Notes: generated from the letters alone by a model not told the origin. Shown: positions 1 through 9,936, numbered from the stretch's first letter. The stretch: 64,000 nucleotides of DNA from a virus (IMGVR_UViG_3300050333_000165:39139-103138), one strand, 5' to 3'. A program made the numbers and translations.

Positions 1-123
1 TCTACCCCCTTCGCCAAGCTGCCATCGCAGGAAGTGATCGCGCGGGAAATCACCAAGTTCCTAACGATCAGAGACAACGGCGTCGAGAAGGTCGAGGACA
101 GCAAGCCGGTCCGTGCCCGGTAG
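1..123 (+). CDS. 3' end of a hypothetical protein (partial)
   Basis: Frame 1 open from base 1 (STPFAKLPSQEVIAREITKFL...RAR) to TAG 121-123, GC3-rich codons, followed by hairpins. Confidence 0.55.
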   Translation, partial: STPFAKLPSQEVIAREITKFLTIRDNGVEKVEDSKPVRAR

Positions 124-133
124 TCCATCTGCT

Positions 134-218
134 CTCGGACGGACTTGCCCTTCAGCGGCCCCGTCCGAGTTCGCCGAGGGCGGCGATGGCGACCGCCCTC
201 GGCTCTCCTCCTCTTTTC
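134..218 (+). terminator. Two tandem hairpins, the second followed by a pyrimidine tract (possible intrinsic terminator)
   Basis: CTCGGACGG(134-142)/CCGTCCGAG(161-169) and GCCGAGGGCGG(173-183)/CCGCCCTCGGC(193-203), then TCTCCTCCTCTTTTCC. Confidence 0.45.
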
Positions 219-334
219 CGCACGGCTTCGGCCCGAGCGTGGCCTGACCAGGGGAAACCCGGAACCGATGTGCCACAGTCTGCGGCCAGTTTGTCGGTGA
301 AGAGGATTCCAGCAAGCGGAGTCTTGGTGAAACC

Positions 335-862
335 ATGCTTCCTGATGCCGTCCTGATCCAAGTCCCATCGATCGACTTCCGCACGTTCATCGGCCTGAGC
401 CACAAGGTTCTGGGCCGCAGTCCGGCGACATCATCAGATGCCTGCCGGCGGGAACTATCCGACGCCGAGCGGTTCCTGAGCTGCCTGGCGGCGCTCCGGG
501 ACGAGCATGCGCTGGTGGGGCTCTCGCCCCATTTGCTTGCGCACGTGTCGTTCAGCGCCTTCATTGGGGCCGACGAGCGGGACATGCTCGACATCCTTCA
601 GCTTTGTGCGGGGATGCCGTTCGTAGTGGTTGAAACAGTTGTGCGGGGCATTCAGGCGGCGGTTATCACCGGCACCCTCTCCCAATGGCGGGATGCCGTC
701 GTTTCCGGTTGCAGCAAAGGTATCGAATCTTCCGTCCGGCACTGCTTCAACAAGCTGCACGGCTTGTTCATCGCCGCCGGTTTGAACGTCTGGAACGATT
801 TCCACGCCCGCCAAGCGCCGGATCAGACCTTCTTGCTGCTCGAAGACAAACGTCACAGCTAG
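335..862 (+). CDS. Hypothetical protein, possibly a degenerate ThyX-like fold
   Basis: HVSFSAFI and VITGTLSQWR...SSVRHCF resemble ThyX N- and C-terminal blocks, but the RHRx7S motif is absent. Confidence 0.4.
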   Translation: MLPDAVLIQVPSIDFRTFIGLSHKVLGRSPATSSDACRRELSDAERFLSCLAALRDEHALVGLSPHLLAHVSFSAFIGADERDMLDILQLCAGMPFVVVETVVRGIQAAVITGTLSQWRDAVVSGCSKGIESSVRHCFNKLHGLFIAAGLNVWNDFHARQAPDQTFLLLEDKRHS

Positions 863-863
863 G

Positions 864-893
864 ACTCCAAATTCTCCCGCTTTCCGTGATTTA
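864..893 (+). promoter_or_regulatory. Putative phage-sigma promoter, copy 1
   Basis: ACTCCAAA-N13-CGTGATTTA upstream of the MTase at 934; same motif and spacing at 1992, 14556 and 25479. Confidence 0.7.
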
Positions 894-933
894 TCTCGTA
901 GAGGACCTATCGCGCCTTTTGACTAGATTATAA

Positions 934-2004
934 ATGCACCCCTTCTTCGAGCAAGACCGCCTGAGCCTGTACTGCGGCGATCTCCGCGAGGTCCTGCCGA
1001 CGCTGCCCGAGGCGTCGGTGGACTTTGTGGCGACCGACGCACCCTACGGCTTGGGCTTCATGGCGAAGGACTGGGACCACGAGGTGCCTGGCCCCGAGTA
1101 TTGGCGGGCCATCGCTCGGGTGTGCAAGCCGGGCGCGATGATGCTGGCCTTCGGCGGCACGCGGACCTACCACCGCCTGACTTGCGCGATCGAGGACGCC
1201 GGCTGGGAGATCCGGGACTGCCTGATGTGGCTGTACGGGCAGGGAATGCCCAAATGCGGCGACATCGGCAAGCTGATCGACAAGGCCAGGGGTGCGAAGC
1301 GCGAGGTTGTCGGCACGAAGCTGGGGCGGCCCGGCTATTCCTTGGCGAATAATGGCCGCACCAACGAGGTTTACGGCGATCTTCACGATCCCGAGGCTGA
1401 ATGCGCGATTACCGCCCCTGCCACGCCTGAAGCGGCGAAGTGGACGGGCTGGGCGATGGCCCTGAAGCCCGCTTGGGAGCCACTCGTTCTGGCGATGAAG
1501 CCAATGGACGACACCATTGCCCACAATGCCCTCACCTGGGGCGTGGCGGGGATGAACATCGACGCTGGCCGGATCGGCACTGAGAGCACGATCCGTACAC
1601 GCGGGGACAGCCTGACCGATGCCGGGTGGGCCAGTACGAACCGCTCGCCCGTGGGCGGCTCGGAGTGTGGACGCTGGCCGGCAAATCTCATGCTCGACGA
1701 TGAAGCTGTCGCTCTTCTCGACGCCCAGACCGGCGGATACGGCGGCGCGAGCCGGTTCTTCTATTGCCCGAAGGCCACGAAGAAAGAGCGCGGGCCGGGC
1801 AATGACCATGCCACGGTCAAGCCATTGGCCCTCATGGAGTATCTGCTCACGCTCCTCTCGACGCCCGATGGCGGCGTGATCCTAGACCCATTCGCCGGCA
1901 GCGGGACCACGCTGCTGGCCGCCAAGCGGCTCGGCCGCCGCTCGATCGGCGTCGAGTTGAGCGAGCACAACTGCGAAATCGCCAAATCGCGACTCCAAAT
2001 GTGA
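934..2004 (+). CDS. DNA methyltransferase, N4C/N6A beta-class (paralog 1)
   Basis: Motif IV variant TDAPY near the N-terminus; HATVKP; ILDPFAGSGTT; IGVEL. Confidence 0.9.
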   Translation: MHPFFEQDRLSLYCGDLREVLPTLPEASVDFVATDAPYGLGFMAKDWDHEVPGPEYWRAIARVCKPGAMMLAFGGTRTYHRLTCAIEDAGWEIRDCLMWLYGQGMPKCGDIGKLIDKARGAKREVVGTKLGRPGYSLANNGRTNEVYGDLHDPEAECAITAPATPEAAKWTGWAMALKPAWEPLVLAMKPMDDTIAHNALTWGVAGMNIDAGRIGTESTIRTRGDSLTDAGWASTNRSPVGGSECGRWPANLMLDDEAVALLDAQTGGYGGASRFFYCPKATKKERGPGNDHATVKPLALMEYLLTLLSTPDGGVILDPFAGSGTTLLAAKRLGRRSIGVELSEHNCEIAKSRLQM

Positions 2005-2021
2005 CGAGTTCTCGTGATTCA
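1992..2021 (+). promoter_or_regulatory. Putative phage-sigma promoter, copy 2
   Basis: ACTCCAAA-N13-CGTGATTCA just upstream of the helicase RBS and ATG 2040. Confidence 0.7.
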
Positions 2022-2039
2022 TCAGAAGAGGAACCTTGT

Positions 2040-4817
2040 ATGTCGCTCCAAGAAGTGAAGGTCATCGCTCAAACGTCCAGCGGCACGAAGATTCGTGTGC
2101 CCGTGCTGCTGGAGGCGAAGGGTGGCCGCATCTACTTCTGGGACGGCAAAGTCGGCACGAAGACGCGCTACGGGCTGATGTCTGAAGTCAAGGCAATGGC
2201 CGGAGCGCACTTCCACGGCTACGACGACGAAGGCGAGTATGCCAAGGTCAAGGTGTGGTCGGTAGACGACTGCCAGCGCAACCGCTTCCAGATCGGCTAT
2301 CTCTGCGGCGAGGACGTGTACGCCTGGTTCGACAGGCCGGTCGTGCGCCACGAGTATCGGCCGTTCTCTCGCGCCGGGCAGCCGGCCGTGGTCATGCCGC
2401 ACCAATATGACCTGGCGGACGCCGGGCTGACGTACCACTATCAGATTTACGCGGCGGAAATGGGATGCGTGGACGGGGACGCCGTTGTTCACGTCAACAG
2501 AGCTAATAGAGGATTCAAGCTCAGTCTGGCGGAGTTGTGGCGCAAGTTTCACGGCGGACAGGACCGGGGCCGCGCATGGGATCGTTCCATTCCCACCTAC
2601 ATTCGGTCTTTGTGTGGCGAGACATTGCGGTTGAATCGCGTGCTCAATGTGCTGGCGAAGGGGCGGCAGCCCGTGGTTCGCGTCACCCTGGCCTCGGGCC
2701 GATCTGTCCGCGTTACTGCCGACCATGAGATTTGCGTCGGCTATGACCGGTATAAGCCGGCCGAGCAGCTTCGTGCCGGAGAGACAGTGCTGACCAATGG
2801 CGTGAAGGTGGACAAGGATGGTTATGTCCGCGTCCACGGCATCCGTCACCATCGCGAGTCGACGCACGGCGTCTACGAGCACATCCTTGTAGCCGAGGAG
2901 ATGGTCGGCCGCCCCATTGGGCGGGACGAGGTGGTGCATCACAAGAATGGAGTCAAGCACGACAACCGGCCGGAGAATCTAGAAGTCTTGGCTCGCGGCA
3001 ATAGTGAGCATGCTTCGCTGCACGGACGGGCAGGAGGATTCAAACGTCTTGACGGTGGCCGCGCGGGGCACGGCGGGTTAGTCAGCTTCGTTCCGCGTTT
3101 CGATGCCGTGGTTTCGGTAGAGCCCGATGGCGCGGCGGACGTCTATGACGTGGTGTGCATAGACCCACACCGCAACTTTGTCGCCAACAGCGTTGTAGTC
3201 CACAACTGCGGCAAGACACTCGCTGCCCAGATGGTGATCGAGAACTCGGGCGTCGATCTGGTCTGGTGGGCCGGCCCCAAGACGAGCCTGCCAAACATCA
3301 AGCGCGAATTCAAACTGTGGGGCTTCCCTTTCCATCGCATCCAGGTCGAGTTCTTCACCTATGAAGGGCTGGCCCGCGTGATGGACGAGTGGGACGGCAG
3401 CCAGACCTTGCCCCGGTTCTTCGTCGCCGATGAATCGAGCCGCTGCAAGACCGCCACGGCACAGCGATCCAAAGCCTGCCAGAAGCTCGCCGATTTGATC
3501 CGCGACAAGTATGGCTTCGAGGGCTACGTCATCGAGATGTCGGGCACGCCGTCGCCCAAGACGCCCTGCGACTGGTGGAGTCAATCCGAGATCGCCTGGC
3601 CCGGCTTCCTCAAGGAAGGCAGCTATAAGGCAATGGAAGAACGGCTGGCCTTCATGGTCGAGCAGCAGTTTCAGGCCGGCAAGTTCAAGAAGCGGATCGG
3701 CTGGAAGGACGACCAGCGGAAGTGCGTCGAGTGTGGCCAGGCTCGGGAGGAAGGGCCGCACATCCTCGATGAGTGCGACGATCCCGACGAATACCACGCC
3801 TTCAAGCCGAGCACCAACGAGGTGGCCTACCTCTACGAGCGGCTCAAGGGGCTGGTGGTCATCAAGCACAAGAAGGACTGCCTGCAACTGCCCGAAAAGC
3901 GGTATCGCAAGGTGGTCTGCAAGCCGACGCGAAGCACCCTTCGCGTGGCGGAGGCGATCGCCCAGGCGGTCCCCAATGCTGTCACTGGCATGACTCTGCT
4001 GAGGGAACTGAGCGATGGCTTCCAGTACCGCGAGCAGCAAGACGGCATCACGAAATGCACGCATTGCACGGACGGCACCGTGGCGGAGTGGCTGGACCCG
4101 GATGATCCCGAGGCTACCTACCAGGCCGTGAACATGCTGGACCCCGAGTTGATGGCCCGGCTCGTGAAGCAGATCGTTCCCTGTCCGGTGTGCGGCGGCT
4201 CTCGGGAAGTTCCCAAGATGGTCCGCATCGCCCGCGAGATTCCGTGCCCGAAGGATGCCGCGCTGAAGATGCTCTTGGACGAGAACGAGGAGGTGGGGCG
4301 GCTGGTGATCTTCGCCGGCTTCACCGGCTCCGTGGATCGCATCGTCAAGCTGTGCCTCAAGGAAAAGTGGGACGTGGTGCGGTGCGACCAGGGCAATTTC
4401 CAAGTCCTTGCCGCCAAGAGCGACAGCGCCGAAGGGGCGATGGTGACGGCGGAAGAGCCGCTGGACTACTGGGCCAACCTGGAGCGGCACGGCAAGGTCG
4501 CCTTCGTGGCCAATCCCGAGTCGGGCGGCATGTCGCTCACCCTCGTGGAAGCCCGCATGGCGGTGTACTGGTCCAACTCGTGGAAACCCGAGTACCGCGT
4601 GCAGAGCGAGGACCGCATCCACCGTAAAGGCATGGACGAGAACCTCGGCTGCACCATCGTGGATTTGATCCATCTGCCGAGCGATGAGCGTGTGCTCAAT
4701 GTCATTCGCGCCAACCGCAGGTTGGAACTGATGACGATGGGCGAAGCCCTTGAGGGTCTGGATTGGAACGACGGCAGCGAGGAAGGCGAGATGTCGGTAG
4801 AGGAGATTGCATCGTGA
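2040..4817 (+). CDS. SNF2-like (SF2) helicase containing an intein
   Basis: Walker A EMG|CGKT split by the intein; DESS, MSGTP, SGGMSLTL, QSEDRIHRKG; CxxC pairs; RBS GAGG before ATG 2040. Confidence 0.9.
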   Translation: MSLQEVKVIAQTSSGTKIRVPVLLEAKGGRIYFWDGKVGTKTRYGLMSEVKAMAGAHFHGYDDEGEYAKVKVWSVDDCQRNRFQIGYLCGEDVYAWFDRPVVRHEYRPFSRAGQPAVVMPHQYDLADAGLTYHYQIYAAEMGCVDGDAVVHVNRANRGFKLSLAELWRKFHGGQDRGRAWDRSIPTYIRSLCGETLRLNRVLNVLAKGRQPVVRVTLASGRSVRVTADHEICVGYDRYKPAEQLRAGETVLTNGVKVDKDGYVRVHGIRHHRESTHGVYEHILVAEEMVGRPIGRDEVVHHKNGVKHDNRPENLEVLARGNSEHASLHGRAGGFKRLDGGRAGHGGLVSFVPRFDAVVSVEPDGAADVYDVVCIDPHRNFVANSVVVHNCGKTLAAQMVIENSGVDLVWWAGPKTSLPNIKREFKLWGFPFHRIQVEFFTYEGLARVMDEWDGSQTLPRFFVADESSRCKTATAQRSKACQKLADLIRDKYGFEGYVIEMSGTPSPKTPCDWWSQSEIAWPGFLKEGSYKAMEERLAFMVEQQFQAGKFKKRIGWKDDQRKCVECGQAREEGPHILDECDDPDEYHAFKPSTNEVAYLYERLKGLVVIKHKKDCLQLPEKRYRKVVCKPTRSTLRVAEAIAQAVPNAVTGMTLLRELSDGFQYREQQDGITKCTHCTDGTVAEWLDPDDPEATYQAVNMLDPELMARLVKQIVPCPVCGGSREVPKMVRIAREIPCPKDAALKMLLDENEEVGRLVIFAGFTGSVDRIVKLCLKEKWDVVRCDQGNFQVLAAKSDSAEGAMVTAEEPLDYWANLERHGKVAFVANPESGGMSLTLVEARMAVYWSNSWKPEYRVQSEDRIHRKGMDENLGCTIVDLIHLPSDERVLNVIRANRRLELMTMGEALEGLDWNDGSEEGEMSVEEIAS
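2466..3206 (+). mobile_element. Intein (247 aa) with HNH homing endonuclease
   Basis: Starts CVDGDAVV; block B VTADH; HNH VVHHKNGVKHDNRPENL; block F VYDV; ends NFVANSVVVHN followed by a +1 Cys. Confidence 0.92.
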
Positions 4818-5203
4818 ATCGTGTTCGATGTCACATCGCTCTGGCCAAGGGCCAGTATAAGCGCTCCGCCACCCAGGCGGCCGTGCGAGACGTGTTGAAG
4901 TGGGTCTTGTCCGACTCGCTGTGCGAGTTGGTGTTCGACGAGTCGGAGGAAGACATAGCTGTCGCTGGCGAAGCGGTCGTACTCTTGAAGTCCCGTTTTC
5001 GAGATTGGGGCGATGAAGAGGCTGTCCGCGACAGGATCGTTACGGCTCTCGCGGCCCGGTTGCGGCCCGAATACGAGAGTCAGGTTGAAGTTGAGATCGT
5101 CCACGAGCCGGAAGACCCTTCCGACGATCCGTTCGGCCACGTTCAAGACGAAAGCGACGATTTCTACTCCGACGACTTCGACGGGATTCAGCGAGTCTTC
5201 TGA
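4814..5203 (+). CDS. Hypothetical protein with acidic C-terminus
   Basis: AGGAG RBS; GTG overlapping the helicase stop. Confidence 0.6.
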   Translation: MNRVRCHIALAKGQYKRSATQAAVRDVLKWVLSDSLCELVFDESEEDIAVAGEAVVLLKSRFRDWGDEEAVRDRIVTALAARLRPEYESQVEVEIVHEPEDPSDDPFGHVQDESDDFYSDDFDGIQRVF

Positions 5204-5241
5204 TCTGTGCGAAACGTTTCTAACCTTTGGAGATTGCAGCA

Positions 5242-6192
5242 ATGAAGTACGTGCTGTTGGTTCTGACCCTGATTGCCCTGGCAGTCAGCCCGGCGGTCGC
5301 GAGTGTCCCCGATGATTTGCAGCGTGTGAGCGTCACCATCAAGGCGGGAAGCGCCCAAGGCTCGGGCACGCTGGTGACCCGGAGAATCGGCGACGACACC
5401 GTGACCTTCATCTGGACGGCGGCCCATGTCGTCGATGGCCTGCGTACTACGCGCACCGTCGTTACGCCCCAAGGGACGCCTCGGATTCTTGTCGAGTACC
5501 GAGATGCCGAGATCGTCCAGGAGCGGCAGCAGGACGGCCGCCGCGTGGGCGAAGTCAAGTACGACTGCAAGGTGGTCAAGGTCAGCGATGCGGACTACGG
5601 CGAGGACCTGGCGGTGCTCATGGTCCGTTGCAAAGGTGCGTATCCGCTGAACGTCTGCGCGAAGTTCCACAAAGACCGAAACTACATCCCGGCGATCGGC
5701 GTGGATCTGAGCCACTGCGGCAGCCTGCTCGGACAGTTCGGGGCCAACAGCTACACGACCGGCGTCCTGAGCCAGACCGGCCGGACCCTGGCGATGAAGG
5801 GTGCTAACGTCAAAGTCTTCGACCAGGTGACGGCCGTGGCCTTCCCCGGCTCGTCTGGCGGCGGGATGTTCCTGAAAGAGAACGGGGAGTACATCGGCAT
5901 GTTGACCCAGGGCGTGATGAAGCTGCAAGGCTTCAACTTCATCGTCCCCCTGCGGCGCATCCACGCCTGGGCGAAGGAAGCCAAGATCGAATGGGCCATC
6001 GACCCTACGGTCCCGACGCCCACTCTGAAAGAGATCGACGCGATTCCCGTGGAAGACGCTGGCCAGTCGCCGGGCGGCTATCCCGAGCGCAATCCGGCCG
6101 GCGAAGACCCGGCTGCGTTCAAGCCGCCTTTCAACTTCCAGGACGCGATCCGCTGGGTCGAGAGGTTTTCCCGCTTTCACCGCGCGGGCTAG
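5242..6192 (+). CDS. Secreted trypsin-like (S1) serine protease
   Basis: Signal peptide MKYVLLVLTLIALAVSPAVA; GSG; TAAHV (His), DLAVL (Asp), PGSSGGG (Ser). Confidence 0.88.
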   Translation: MKYVLLVLTLIALAVSPAVASVPDDLQRVSVTIKAGSAQGSGTLVTRRIGDDTVTFIWTAAHVVDGLRTTRTVVTPQGTPRILVEYRDAEIVQERQQDGRRVGEVKYDCKVVKVSDADYGEDLAVLMVRCKGAYPLNVCAKFHKDRNYIPAIGVDLSHCGSLLGQFGANSYTTGVLSQTGRTLAMKGANVKVFDQVTAVAFPGSSGGGMFLKENGEYIGMLTQGVMKLQGFNFIVPLRRIHAWAKEAKIEWAIDPTVPTPTLKEIDAIPVEDAGQSPGGYPERNPAGEDPAAFKPPFNFQDAIRWVERFSRFHRAG

Positions 6193-6320
6193 TCGGCCCT
6201 CTTAGGTCTGCCCCTTGTCTGGTGCCTACTATGGGCGACAGCGCTTGAGCCGGGTGGTGGCAGGGCAGCGCCACCCGGCCTCTCGAAACCATTAACCGGC
6301 CAGAGTGATACGGAGAGATC

Positions 6321-7637
6321 ATGCGATTGACCAAGAAGAACGTCGAGAAGATCAAGGCGGCCATCGCCGATGGCGTCACGCAGCCTGAGATCGCCAAGCG
6401 ATTCAAGATCAGCCGTTCGCTCGTGTCGGACATCGCCACCGGCCGGGTCCACAAAGACGTGGAGTGGCCGGGCGGCGAACCGCCGACATCCAAGCGGGCT
6501 GGCGGCCAGCACAAGGCCGTCCCCGACTACGATCCGACGGACAAGAAGGTTTTGGAGTTGGAAGCGGAGATCGTCCACCTGACGGCTGAACGGAACCACG
6601 AGCGGCAGAAGGTCAAGGCCAGCGCAAAGATGGCAGGCTTGTTCAAAGCCATCGTTGCGGAGATGGAAACTCGCATCAAGCCGTTTGAGGCATTGCCGTC
6701 CGTCTATCAGCCTCGGCCCAAGGCGCAGATTTCGGAACATTGTGTCTTGCATCTGTCCGATTGCCACCACGATTCAGTGGTGCGTGCTGAGGAAGTGGGC
6801 GGTCTGGAAGAGCATAACTTTCCGATCTCCTGCGCCCGTGCCGAGCGCCTGGTGGATACGGTAATCGACTGGTCGCAAGACACCCTAGCCCCGAAGTTCC
6901 ATTTCCCCATGCTGTGGATCTTGGCCTATGGCGATTTCACCAGCGGGGAGATTCATGGTGCGGCGGAAAGGTCTTACTACCGCAACACGTTCCGCAACTG
7001 CCTTGCTATCGGTCAGCTACACGCCCTGATGCTGCGGGATTTCGCACCGCACTTCGAGCAAGTCAACGTCTTGTACCTGTCGGGGAATCACGGAAGGCGG
7101 ACGCCCAAGAAGGAGTTTGCAGGAGCACACAACAACTTCGACTATTTGGTGGCTGAGATCGCGCGGCTTCACTGTCGCGGCATCGAGAACATCAGCTTTC
7201 AGATTCCCGATGCGTGGTCGGCCAACGTGAACATCAACGGCGTCGGCTTCAATATCGCGCACGGCGACGACGTGCGCGGCAACTTGTCGATTCCGTTCTA
7301 TGGGATGGTGCGACGGCAGAAAGGGCTTGTGGCCCTCGGGGCGGCGGCCGGCACGCAACGCTGCCGCTATTTCTGCCTGGGCCATCATCACGTTGCCTCG
7401 ACGCTCTCGGACATCGACGGTGAGTTGCTGGTCAACGGCGCATGGGTCGGAACCGATGCCTACTCCTACAACTCGTTCAGCAGCTATCGCGAGCCGGCCC
7501 AGTGGTTCCACGGTGTTACGCCGAAGTACGGCATCAGTTGGAGACTCAACGTGAAGCTGCGGCACGACGGTGAGAGAAACGGCCCCAGGCGCTACCTGGT
7601 GGACGGCGGGCGAGACGTGGGGCCGCTTCGCACATGA
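6321..7637 (+). CDS. HTH + coiled-coil + calcineurin-like metallophosphoesterase
   Basis: N-terminal HTH (TQPEIAKRFKISRSLVSDI); SDCH, GD, GNHG, HGD, GHHH motifs. Confidence 0.85.
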   Translation: MRLTKKNVEKIKAAIADGVTQPEIAKRFKISRSLVSDIATGRVHKDVEWPGGEPPTSKRAGGQHKAVPDYDPTDKKVLELEAEIVHLTAERNHERQKVKASAKMAGLFKAIVAEMETRIKPFEALPSVYQPRPKAQISEHCVLHLSDCHHDSVVRAEEVGGLEEHNFPISCARAERLVDTVIDWSQDTLAPKFHFPMLWILAYGDFTSGEIHGAAERSYYRNTFRNCLAIGQLHALMLRDFAPHFEQVNVLYLSGNHGRRTPKKEFAGAHNNFDYLVAEIARLHCRGIENISFQIPDAWSANVNINGVGFNIAHGDDVRGNLSIPFYGMVRRQKGLVALGAAAGTQRCRYFCLGHHHVASTLSDIDGELLVNGAWVGTDAYSYNSFSSYREPAQWFHGVTPKYGISWRLNVKLRHDGERNGPRRYLVDGGRDVGPLRT

Positions 7638-7660
7638 AACCGTAGAACTGCGAGGCTCCT

Positions 7661-7864
7661 ATGACGACCAGCACCATCGAACATTGGAGGGACGGCGAGT
7701 GCCTGGAGAAGTGGAAGGTCACGGAAGAAATGATCCAGCGGGACGGGGATACGGCAAAGATCGTCTTCCCGATTGGGCGCATCGTCTTGACGAGCTACGA
7801 CGAATTGCACTTTTGCATTGACGACACCTTGAGAGTCTTGGGCGAGGTTCAACACCGTCCATGA
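7661..7864 (+). CDS. Hypothetical protein
   Basis: Fills the operon gap; GAGG RBS; typical codon usage. Confidence 0.55.
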   Translation: MTTSTIEHWRDGECLEKWKVTEEMIQRDGDTAKIVFPIGRIVLTSYDELHFCIDDTLRVLGEVQHRP

Positions 7865-7879
7865 CTGTGGAGAGAGACG

Positions 7880-8671
7880 ATGCCCGTCTTCTGCGTAAGT
7901 GACCTGCACTTGGGCGACCGGGGCTACCGCGACAACTTCGCGGTCGAGGGTCGCGAAGTCCGCTTCCACGAGTTCCTGGACTTCGTGGAGATCGCCGATG
8001 GACGCCTCTATGTCCTGGGCGATCTGTTCGATTGGTGGCAGGTGAACCTGGGCAAGGCGGTCATGGCCTACTTGCCGCTGCTAGACCGCCTGGACGCAAT
8101 GGGCGTGACGTGGGTGGTGGGCAATCACGACAACGCCCTGGTCGCGCTGATCGGCTCCAAACTGATGCCGGATCATCCGCTCTTTCAGCGGTCCCGCCGC
8201 GCTTTCGAGGAGACGATCGGCGGCAAACGGTTCGCCTTTCTCCACGGGCACGAGGCCGATCCGTACTGCCGGGACGCCAATCCCGGCACGGGCGAAATCA
8301 CGGCAATCATCTCCGGGATGCTGGAAGACCGTAACCGGGGGCCGTTCGACCGCGGCCATCATGCGGTGGAGGACCAGTTTGTCGGCACACTGGAAAGCGC
8401 GCTGACCGTCTGGCGAAAACTGACGTTCCAGCATGGCCGCTTGGACGAAATGCTCGATGGCGTGGAAGCCTACCGCCGCGAGGCGGGTGCGGACGCGGTG
8501 GTCTACGGCCACACGCATGAACCGGGGCGGATCGGCGATTACCACTTCAACACGGGCTCCTGGGCCAGGACGAACGACACCTTTGTTCGCATCGAGGACG
8601 ACGGGACGACCGGCCTCTGGGAGTGGTTGCCCGGCAAGCGGGCCGTTGCGTTCGAGCACCTTTTGCGATGA
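7880..8671 (+). CDS. Metallophosphoesterase, LpxH-like
   Basis: SDLHLG, GDLFD, GNHD, HGHEAD, GHTH, NTGSW. Confidence 0.85.
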   Translation: MPVFCVSDLHLGDRGYRDNFAVEGREVRFHEFLDFVEIADGRLYVLGDLFDWWQVNLGKAVMAYLPLLDRLDAMGVTWVVGNHDNALVALIGSKLMPDHPLFQRSRRAFEETIGGKRFAFLHGHEADPYCRDANPGTGEITAIISGMLEDRNRGPFDRGHHAVEDQFVGTLESALTVWRKLTFQHGRLDEMLDGVEAYRREAGADAVVYGHTHEPGRIGDYHFNTGSWARTNDTFVRIEDDGTTGLWEWLPGKRAVAFEHLLR

Positions 8672-9513
8672 AGCCGCTGGAACAGTACCAAGCGTATCCG
8701 ATCCCGGTCGCGGCCATCTACTACGATGCTGCGTTCAACTGCCGGGGCGAGTTCACGCTGCAATCCGTGAAGGAACTGGCCGACAGCATCGCCGAGGCCG
8801 GGCGGCTGATCTGCCCGGTGGCAGTGCAGCCGTGGACCGCGGCCGAAGGTTTCGAGTACCGGCTGATCGTTGGGCACCGTCGATTCAAGGCTGTGACTAC
8901 TTTCCTGAAATGGACCGAGATACCGGCCTACATCTGCGAGGGCTTGAGCGACCATCAGGCCCGGATGCTGAACCTCGTGGAGAACCTGCAACGAAAGAGC
9001 CTCAACGTCCTGGAAGAGGCCCGTGCGATCCAGAACCTTTATCCCCGTGGAGTTACGTTGCGGCAGGCTGCCCAGGAATTGAAGCAGCCCACCAAATGGG
9101 TCCACGTCCGGCTGCGACTGCTGCGGATGCCCGAGGCGGTGCAGCAGAAGGCCGCCGCCGGCCTGCTCTCGCAGGCGAACCTGGAAACGCTCTCCGGCAT
9201 GGAATCGCCCGAGGATCAGATTGTGGCCGCTCGCAAGATCGTCGAGGCGCGGGAGCGGGGCAAGGGCAAGTTCCTGCCCGGCCTGGACAGAGCGTGTAAA
9301 CGTCGTGCCGGTGTTCGCCCCCGCGAGGAAATCAATCGCATGGTCGAGAGGATGTTGGCGGCCGGGATCGTTGGCCTGCCGCCGCGAGTGGCTGCCTGGT
9401 GCGCGGGTTGTGTCCCCGACGCGGAAATTGTGGCAGAAATCGACGCCGCCACTCTAAAACGTCTGGCTGCTTGCGATTTGACTATGGAGGAACAAAGGAT
9501 ACGCCATGAGTGA
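8668..9513 (+). CDS. ParB/RepB/Spo0J-family protein
   Basis: ELADSI...LICPVAV, IVGHRRFKA, ENLQRKSLNVLEEA, HTH; ATGA coupling to the upstream gene. Confidence 0.85.
   Translation: MKPLEQYQAYPIPVAAIYYDAAFNCRGEFTLQSVKELADSIAEAGRLICPVAVQPWTAAEGFEYRLIVGHRRFKAVTTFLKWTEIPAYICEGLSDHQARMLNLVENLQRKSLNVLEEARAIQNLYPRGVTLRQAAQELKQPTKWVHVRLRLLRMPEAVQQKAAAGLLSQANLETLSGMESPEDQIVAARKIVEARERGKGKFLPGLDRACKRRAGVRPREEINRMVERMLAAGIVGLPPRVAAWCAGCVPDAEIVAEIDAATLKRLAACDLTMEEQRIRHE
9451..9480 (+). promoter_or_regulatory. Degenerate copy of the putative phage-sigma promoter
   Basis: ACTCTAAA-N13-TGCGATTTG upstream of GGAGG and ATG 9506. Confidence 0.45.
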
Positions 9514-9889
9514 CGACGCTGCCTGCCATCGGACCCCCGATGCGGAGTCGGCGGCCCCGCCGCCCGGCATCCAAATCAAGTTGCTCGCCAAGGGCACCGT
9601 GTTGCTCTTGGAGGGTGAGACGGACATCTACGAATTGACGGTGCGTTATCCCGAGTACGGGATTGTGGAAGTGAACTCCAACCATACGGCCTTGCGTCAG
9701 GCGGGCTACGGCCAATTCACAGGCAGCGTTCGGCCAGCCCATCCGGGCGTCCACTCCAACGCGATTCAGAAAGACTGGGCAATGATGCTCCGCTTCCGCA
9801 ACGGCGAGTTCCTGACACAGCGCATCCTGGCCGCTCGTGTCTGCGGCGTGGGCGACGACGGGAGCCACTGGTCCTACGACGTGTTTTAG
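9506..9889 (+). CDS. Hypothetical protein
   Basis: Overlaps the ParB stop; coding-like codon bias. Confidence 0.6.
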   Translation: MSDDAACHRTPDAESAAPPPGIQIKLLAKGTVLLLEGETDIYELTVRYPEYGIVEVNSNHTALRQAGYGQFTGSVRPAHPGVHSNAIQKDWAMMLRFRNGEFLTQRILAARVCGVGDDGSHWSYDVF

Positions 9890-9936
9890 CTCGAAGTTGT
9901 GGCATTTCACCGACCCTTTTTACCGTGGAGTCCTGC

